Source: Chrysomallon squamiferum
Lineage: Eukaryota > Animalia > Mollusca
NCBI GenBank assembly: GCA_012295275.1
Contig: CM022668.1
Span: forward strand, 10,168,001-10,232,000
Length of the DNA stretch: 64,000 bases
Direction of reading: 5' to 3'
Positions 37,494 to 64,000 of the stretch are shown here, one piece after another. Every line of letters starts with the position of its first letter. The stretch's first letter is position 1. Made by a program: the position numbers and the translations under genes. Below the pieces are notes generated by a model, which did no database searches, was not told the DNA's origin, and saw only the letters and a list, made by a program, of their open reading frames with translations.

Positions 37494-37810
37494 AGAACTG
37501 CTACTAGTATTACTGCTTACAGTACCAGAACTGCTACTAGTATTACTGCTTACAGTACCAGAACTGCTACTAGTATTACTACTTACAGTACCAGAACTGC
37601 TACTAGTATTACTGCTTACAGTACCAGAACTGCTACTAGTATTACTACTTACAGTACCAGAACTGCTACTAGTATTACTGCTTACAGTACCAGAACTGCT
37701 ACTAGTATTACTACTTACAGTACCAGAACTGCTACTAGTAATACTACTTACAGCACTAGAACAGCTACTAGTATTACTGCTTACAGTACCAGAACCACTA
37801 ATACTACTAC
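37494..37810. repeat. 33-bp minisatellite (cagaactgctactagtattactRcttacagtac), ~9-10 copies, intron 11 of gene C
   Basis: Nearly perfect head-to-tail units with no spacers. Confidence 0.9.
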
Positions 37811-38017
37811 TAGCTTTCTTATTTTGCTGTTATTGTTACTACTCACCTATCAGGCTACAGAAGTATTAGCATCACAAGTTATTACTATTGTTTGTTAGTT
37901 ATCATTATGATCTGTGTTATCTCTGCCTGATATCATTAAGATGTCTTACACATATTCTGTTGTGTATTTATTTATTTACCGTGATATGCATTTTTAAAAC
38001 TTTGCTACTTCTGTAGT

Positions 38018-38142
<125 letters not shown>

Positions 38143-40789
38143 CTATAACAACATGTGGACTAATATACTTTAATATATTTTACATGTTTTCTTCCGTGGA
38201 ATATCAGTGAGTTTTTACCAGTGCTTAAGTTAAAACTGTTATTTTTCAGAGTGTAATCAGGGTACTTATGGAGAAAAGTGTTTAAAGAAATGTGAAGACA
38301 GACATTGTCTCAGTTCTGAAAACTGTCATCATGAAAGTGGTCTCTGTGTTGGTGGATGTTTGTCAGGCTGGGAAGGCGAAACGTGCACGCAAGGTTTGTA
38401 CTTAAATACATATATAGATTCCTATGTACCTATACACATACATACATGTGTTAATTTAATACATACAATATTTATAGCAGAATCTAAACATTAATATATT
38501 GCGTGAAATGTTTGTACTGAAGTTTCAATATGTTAATGTAATGCATATAATATTTATACCAATATTTAGACATGTATTAAAATAGATTTGACCTAGATTT
38601 GGCTTAAATTACTTAATATCTCATGCAGCGTTTAGACTGAATATTATTTTAATTCAAGTGATTTGTCAAGAAAATATTGTAATAATGAATTTCTTTCTTT
38701 ATTTATCAATTTGCTTATTTGTTCGTTTGTTTATTTATTTATTATTTCATGTCTTTGGAATCGAAGAGCATGTATATATTTTTTTAAAGTTAACAGTCAG
38801 TGTCATGAAAGAACAACTTGTTTCAATAAAATTAGGATCCAGATATATTTTTCTCATTAAAGTGACTTTGGCAATATATTTTGAAACTACGATTTTGTCT
38901 GAAGAAAGATAGCTAAATTCACAGTAATTCATTAATGATATAAATTTATAGTTACAAAATCAGAATAAATAAATATATCAATAAATACATAAATAAATAA
39001 GTGACACAAATGTTCTGCTTAAAGCAATCTGGGTTCGTCAAAACACACAGAAGTGCACACACACACACACACAACCACACACACACACACACACATATAT
39101 ATCTATATACAAGAACACACGTACTCACATTTTACATAATAATACGCAAATGAAAACTATATTTTTCTTCCTTCTTTCCCTAACCATTCTTAATTAAAAT
39201 ATATTCTTTTTTCTTTTTGTTTCATATAGCCGTCACTTCATCAGGAGTCAGTAAAGATGTGATTATCATCGTCATTTCTGTTCTATTCGTTTTATCAGTT
39301 GTCATTCTCCTCTCCGTCATTGTCTGGTATGAATTTTTATCTCTGTCTCACACGCACATCTACAGATCATCACATGCACACGTACACAAATACACACATA
39401 TCTAAGTGGCATAAATAAAGGCGAAAAAAACAAGAAAAAGAAGAAAATCTAGATATGTATTACATATTTACGCATAAATTTATTCATACCATCATATACT
39501 TACATCTGTATATATTTGAATATACACAGACACACAGACACATAATCTCATACATATACTGTCATTGCAAATCCCAAGATACAGGAGTAACACATAAATA
39601 AGACGGCAGAAACAAGAACAATAAACATTCATCGAACACTGTCAGAAACAAACACACACCCACACACCCACACACACACCCACACTGACATATATCAACA
39701 CATTTATTACATGCATTAATAGGTGCATGCAGACTTATACATATAAACATTCATATATGCCTACATACGGCATATGTCCACACATTAGGTGCAATAAGAA
39801 ACAAGAAAAAGTAAAGATTCATTGAATATATATGTAATATGTTTTTTCCCCCAGCTTGATAAGAAGATTAAAATCGAACTCACAAAATACGACGACAGAG
39901 TCTAAACTAAACCAAGTGTGAGAACACGTGTAAACTCAGAACATGGAGAAGAACATTATGAGAACATTGAAGAAAGAAAAGAGGAACCTGGTGGCAGCAC
40001 TCATTTTAGTTCTTCTCATGTATCACGTGATCAGTTGGTCAAAACACGCCTGAAAATGTCTACATTAATAGTAGTCAAAATATTGAAATGAACGAGTACG
40101 AAAAACTCAAGTGGAGCGAGAATTCACGTAACACGTTGAAAAAGATAACAGGGAAATGATTTTCAGTGCTAATGTTACTTTATGTACATTTAAAAAATCG
40201 AATTGGCCACGAAAATTATATAATCTAGATAAAAATGTGTAATCATTCAGATTGAGTATTGATTTTCTTATCTTTATATAACTAAAAATCCATACTGTTT
40301 TATGATATTCGGTATTTAAGTAGTACATTATGTTTATATTATTTGTGCATTTATGATATTACATTATTGTCGGGTTATTTGTGTATATAAATGTTATCTT
40401 ATTTTCATGGTATATGCGTTTCTAAATATTACCTATTTTTAATGTTATTTTTGTATCTAAATGTTACGCTTCTTTAATATTGTGTATCTGAATATTATGT
40501 TATTCTCATATTATTTTTATATTTAAATGTTCCGTTATGTTAATGCTATTTCTGTATTTAAAATAGTACGCTATTATCATGTTATTTGTGCATTTAAATA
40601 CTACGTTATTCTCGTGTTATTTTCGTATTTAAAGACTACGTTATTATTACGTTATTCGTGTAACAATGTTTATGCTGTTGTTACAAATGTTTAGCTGCCA
40701 GTATAATGATAATGATAAAATGGGATCTTTCTCTTCGGCCTATACCTTTTATTATTCCATTTAACATTTTGTCAATTTTCTTTTTTTTT

Positions 40790-40873
<84 letters not shown>

Positions 40874-41696
40874 GTGTCTGTGTGTAAATCATTGCCTTGC
40901 TTTTGTCCGTGTTCTCAATGAAGACACCTTTAAAAAACAAGCAGGTATGTGTTGTCTTGTAGATAGAGAGAGACAGACACTGTGTGGGTGTTATTTGTAT
41001 TCGTGTTATTATTATCATTAGCATTGTTGTTGTTACCCTCAATAATTATTTCATCGTCAATAACAGTTTTTAACTTATGTACTTATATTCATATTTTATT
41101 CACATTTGTTAGAAATTAAATTAAAATTAAATGGTAATAATTCATTTGTCTTGCACATTATTTTGTTACAATACATCTTTTTGTATATCATGACTCATTT
41201 TAATATTCTTCTTCTTCTTCTTCTTCTTCTTATTATTATTATTATTGTTTTAATATTATTAGTATTATTATCATTATTATAAAAAAAAATAGCTTTAAAA
41301 TTGAAAAGGATCAAAGCAGATTGTAATACGTATTACAATGGTCAACTTGAATCCCTTAAATACATACACACAAACATACATATCATACGCTACTGATTAT
41401 TCACAATGACAGGCAATACTTAGTTTACATTGTCTAACGGATTATTAAACCCGATCTCTTTAAAAAAAATTATATAGATGATGTCAGCATTACTTATAGC
41501 ATTAGTTAGACGCAAAGTCCACTGGTGAAAAAAAAGAGAGAGAAAAATAATGAAAAAAACAAACAAAGGTGCTTATAGGTTTGTACGTTTTTCTTTTGAC
41601 TGATATGTGTGTGTGCGGTTGTCTGTTAATATAGACAGAAAAACAGACAGAGATAGAAAGATAGAATAGAAATATAAATAGATAGATTATATAGAC

Positions 41697-41807
<111 letters not shown>

Positions 41808-41819
41808 GAGACAAACAGG

Positions 41820-42113
41820 TACGTTTCCTACCCTGTTGAATATCATGGATCCGCTCCTGCATAAATTTGAAAGCATCTTCGTGCTTAACTTATTTGACAG
41901 TATTAATTTTACACTAATGACTACAGCTTGATTCATTCGAAACAATCAGTCGAGTACATTTAAAGGACGCAGTCGTAGTTAGTGTATTTATAAGTACCTA
42001 CTGATGAATGTGTGTTTTATGATTTGTTGTTACTTGAAATAACTCTGTAGTGACAGATAAAGAAAGGAGGTTTTATAAAAGTTAACAGATTTTGTTGTTT
42101 CAGAAGAGAAAAC
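41820..42113 (+). promoter_or_regulatory. Family promoter block, copy D
   Basis: Aligns with the other copies, but the GATA and ETS-like sites are mutated (cataaatttgaaagcatcttcgtgc). Confidence 0.55.
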
Positions 42114-59632
<17,519 letters not shown>

Positions 59633-60727
59633 CTGTCAAAACTAACAAACACTTGGGACATCCACTTTTCAAACTGTGAAATCTGATCTCAGTTCGGGAC
59701 GTACTGTCTTTACTCGGGAGACTCTGGTTGTTTAACTTTGGCATCCAGACGTCAAAGTGGATATTTAATGTTTATATCTTTAACATGTTTTAAGCCGAAA
59801 CTTTTCTTGCGGAAGTTGGATGTCAGTGTTAAATTTAAGATATTTTGAATTAAAGTTAAACTGTAGAAATGATCTAATAATATCATAATGATATAATCGA
59901 CGACTTTTTGGATAAATTTAAGATATTTTGATTTCCTATATTCCAAAATGAAACTGTAGAAGATTTGACAATTCGATAATTGCTATATTACTATACTATT
60001 TTTGCTATGACTATTACCGTTCTTCTTATTATTACTATTATTACTACCTCTACTATTGCTATTACTATTTCTACGACTGCTATTGCTCTTCTTTTATTAG
60101 TGTTAGTATTATTATTATCATTATCATTGTTATTGTTATTATCGTAATCAGTTGATTTTAGCTTATATTTGTATTTTATTAATATTTATTAGAAATAAAA
60201 TTTAAACAAATAAAAAATTCGTTTATCTTTCACGTTATTTTGTTTCATTATACATATTTTTACGTTTTCTGGCTCATTTTATTATTATTATTATCATCAT
60301 CACAATCATTATCATCATCACAACGATGTAGCATGGGCGAGGTTAAAGTGGTTGTTGTCACTTGCTGCAAACTTCATAAGCAAATAAGCCCATTAAGTCA
60401 GTGTCTTCACAAAGAAAGTCTATGATTTTCATTCTTTCAGTTTCATCTTTAGATTTAACTTTCATTGTCATTGTTAGGTACAAATACCAAGTTCCTCTAT
60501 CGACAAAAATAAACATGTTACAATATAATAAAATATATTTTTTTAACAAATTCAGAATTAAAAAAGAAAATGATTTATTTAGTATTTAATATCTCAAAAA
60601 TAATTATATATATATATATATGCATATTTACTCAAATTATTGAATTTATCTAGAATAATTACAATATATAAATATATAAATATATATATATATGTTTGTA
60701 ATTATTGTAGATAAATTCAATAATTTT

Positions 60728-60771
<44 letters not shown>

Positions 60772-61280
60772 AAATTCTAATCGTTTTAATAATGTCACAT
60801 CTGGTTTATGTCCAGAAATATTTGTTTGCAACATTCACTGCTGAATCATGATAATTATTATCATTTATTATCATTATTATTATTATCGTTATTGTAATCA
60901 TCATCATTGTACTTATTTTATAATCATTATTATACGATGGTTATAATTATCCTTATTATTATTATTATTATTATAACTGTTGTTATTATTATTATTACCA
61001 TAATCTACATAAATATACTATTAAAACTGGCCTGCGTAGAAATATAATTTTAATAAAAGGAATCAAGTGATTCATTTTGCACAGTAAAGAAAAAAAATAT
61101 TTTTAAAATGTATGTATGTAAATAAGTAAATGTATACTTCTTTTCTTTTTTGCTTTTTTTTTTTTTTTTGTTTTTAAAATAAGACAGTAAAATAATAAAT
61201 TCATAACCACAAAAAAACTCCGTAAAACAAAATCAGCATTAAAATTCAAAAGGACCAAAGCAGACTGTATTATATTACAA

Positions 61281-61610
61281 CAAACAAGTCAATCCAACAC
61301 TTCAACATGTTTTCTCTTCTGAAACAAAAACAAATCTGTTAACTTTTATAAAACCCTCCTTTCTTTACATCTCACTACAGAGTTATGTCAAGTAACAACA
61401 AATCATAAAACACACATTCAGCAGTGAGTAGTTATAAATACACTAACTAGGGATGTGACCTTTTTTAATGTATTCGACTCTTTCTTTCAAATGTGTCAAG
61501 CTGTAATCATAAGTGCAAACAAGTAAAGCAGGAAGATTTTTTTTTTATCTTTATGCAGGAGCGGATCCATGATATTCAGCAGGGTAGGAAACGTACCTTT
61601 TGTCTCGCTT

Positions 61611-61692
<82 letters not shown>

Positions 61693-61709
61693 GTCTATCT
61701 ATCTATATA

Positions 61710-61746
<37 letters not shown>

Positions 61747-62247
61747 ATATATCTATCTATCTGTCTGTCTTTCTATTTCAGTCTGTCTCTCTGTCTATAT
61801 TAACAGACACCCACACACACACATGTCAGTCAAAAGAAAAACGTACAAACCTATAAGCACACCAGTCTATACATACAGATTTTTGTTTTACGTAATAAAT
61901 TTTTACCGTATTTTTTTTTTTTTTTTTTTTTTTTCTTATTCTCTTATTTTTCATCTGTGGACTTTGCGTCTAACTAATGCTATAAGTAATGCTGACATCA
62001 TCTATATAATGTTTTTTAAAGAGATCGGGTTTAATAATCCTTTAGACAATGTAAACTAAGTTTTGCCTGTCATTGTGAATATTCAGTAACGTCTGATATG
62101 TATGTTTGTGTGTATGTATTTAAGGAATTCAAGTTGACCATTGTAATATATATTACAATCTGCTTTTATCCTTTTCAGTTTTAAATCTATTTTTTTTTTA
62201 TTATTATTATTATTATATCAAAAATATTTATTTTCTTTACTGTACAG
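61281..62247 (-). pseudogene. Inverted fragment of a further receptor paralog: upstream region, promoter and first 9 codons (MLKCWIDLF)
   Basis: Reverse complement of ~41290-42140; ATG at 61308; homology is cut at ~61281 and followed by a stop. Confidence 0.8.
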
Positions 62248-64000
62248 CAGGGGTGGCCAAACTTTTTTACCAGAGGGCCAAATTTGCAACTTTGTTGCCA
62301 CTGGAGGGCCGGATTAAATGAAATTTACGTAAAATTTGTCGTAACTGGTTGCCATCTTTATTAAAATATATATTATTGTAGTAGAATAACAATAAATAAC
62401 ACCATCTTGTTTACACTTGTATTTAATAAAAGGTTTATATATCAATGAGATAAATGCAACTGTCCACAATTTTGAACAAGCCTTTTAAAGTCTGGAGTAA
62501 AACTAGTTGTCGAAACTTTCATAATTGCTTGTAAATTTGCATCTGACAATACTGATCTGTTTTTTGACTTTGTTTGATTTAAGCATGAAAAAGTCTGTTC
62601 ACAAATATAAGTTGATCCAAATATACACAGCATCCTAGCAGCAAAACCTCGTAGATTGATAAACTTTTCAGCAGGCAAATATTTGAAAAATTCTACCAAA
62701 GGCATATTCCTAAACTTCGTTTTCAGCTCATTATTAGCTTGTAGATCTATTAGTTCCAGCTGAAGAACATCAGGGGCTGTCTCAATTTCTGTACTGAAGG
62801 GTGAAACAAGTATATTAAATGATGAATCCATTACTCTGAAGTCTGAAAATCTTCTTTGGAATTCTTGTTTCAAGATGCAGAGTTGATTGCTGTATTTTTC
62901 AGCAAGTTTACTATCTACTGTTGCCTTCCTTAGCAAAGAAAAATGAATAAAATTACATTCTGATATCTGTTTGGCAAAAAGTGAGAGCTTTGCCTCAAAA
63001 GCTTTTACTTTGGTGTACATATCATACACAAATAATCCTTTTCCTTGCAATTCCAAATTTAGAGAATTTAGCTTTTCAAACATTTCAGTGGCAAACATAA
63101 AATCACAAAGCCAGTAATCATTTTTCATCTTCTCTATAAAATCACATTTCATTTGTTTGATATCAAGGAAAAGGAGAATTTCGTCTCTTAGTTCAAAGAC
63201 TCTTCTTAGAACTTTCCCATGACTAAGCCACCGAACACTATTGTCTCAATATCATCCAGTAATGTCTTGAATTGTCTGTGTGATAATGGTCTGGATCTGA
63301 GTAGATTAACTACTTCAACTACAGGACGTATCACATGATTAAAATCCAGAGCTGACTTGCATAAACTTTCTTGATGAATGATACAATGAAATTTCCATAT
63401 TTCATGCTGAGGACAGTTTTCTTTAATCTTCTTTTGTAGGAGGCTAATCATGCCTTTGTTTTTTCCAGTTAGAGCAGGTGCACCGTCAGTAGTGATACTC
63501 ACCAATTTATTCCACGGCAGGCCAGCCTCCTCCACACACTTTATTACACATTTACACAGGTCTTCCCCCGTAGTTGTGCCTTTTAAAGGTTCAACTGATA
63601 ACAACTCCTCTGAAATTGTAAAATCTGACTTGATACCACGTATAAATATCATGAGTTGTGCAATGTCCTGAACATCATTGCTTTCATCCAGAGCTAATGA
63701 AAACCACATGAAATCAGTGCAAGCAGTGTGAAGCTGTTGGGACAAATCTTTGCTGATATCTTGTACCCTTCTCATAACTGTATTCCTTGATAGTGCAATA
63801 TTTTCAAATTTATTCTGTGCTTCTGGACAAAGTATGCGTGCTGCATCCACAATGCAGTCTTTTACAAATTCTCCATCAGAAAAAGGTTTTTTGCATTGTG
63901 CAATTTTGTAACTAATATAAAAACTAGCTTCTGTTGCTGAAATGTGAATGGATTGTGTCTTTGAAAAAAGCGACTGTTGCTTTATTAGATTTTTCACCAT
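62248..64000 (-). mobile_element. hAT DNA transposon (Charlie/Buster/SPIN-type, GTF2IRD2/ZBED5-like transposase), continues past the window end
   Basis: TIR CAGGGGTGGCCAAAC at 62248, preceded by the 8-bp ctgTAcag target-like site. Transposase motifs SLALDES, TTDGAPA, HCIIH, VRWLS, STYICEQTFS. Confidence 0.92.
62442..64000 (-). pseudogene. hAT transposase coding region split by a frameshifting deletion at ~63240
   Basis: ORFs 63206-64000 and 62442-63152. After HRQFKTLLDDIET, the VRWLSHGKVLRRVFELRDEI segment is in the frame of the downstream ORF. Confidence 0.8.

Noticed and set aside
37494-37810. 33-bp repeat array resembling CRISPR (also 9915-10100)
   Set aside because: No unique spacers, no cas genes, and it lies in a eukaryotic intron; it is a minisatellite.

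Overview
AT-rich, microsatellite-dense animal genomic DNA (intron-rich, consistent with a mollusc or other lophotrochozoan; species not determinable). I reconstructed exons by hand from GT-AG boundaries and phase. The window is a tandem array of paralogous + strand type-I membrane receptor genes sharing one promoter, signal-peptide exon and ectodomain (EGF-like, F-type lectin domain, then 5-8 MEGF10/SCARF-type EGF-like exons). The units are: the last exon of an upstream copy (25-~360); gene A (2065-12175, Tyr-rich tail with an ITAM-like YEKL-x9-YEKI and three YxN motifs); a truncated pseudogene B (14032-15603); copy C (28221-39921, open ectodomain but ATG>TTG, a GC donor and a frameshifted tail); and gene D (42114-59632), where the same ectodomain sits on a receptor tyrosine phosphatase (active-looking D1, dead D2). 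Inside the array on the - strand is a spliced nSTAND3-type NTPase-ankyrin gene (17770-25518, ~1824 aa) whose first coding exon encodes a transmembrane anchor. An inverted promoter/exon-1 fragment, a hAT (Charlie/Buster-type) transposon, two Tigger/pogo-derived elements and a Tc1 remnant are also present. The best candidate novel system is a paired activating (ITAM) versus inhibitory (phosphatase) lectin-receptor cluster with hypervariable lectin loops, plus an embedded membrane-tethered NLR-like sensor. All functions are inferred. Several 1-2 nt indels could be assembly errors.
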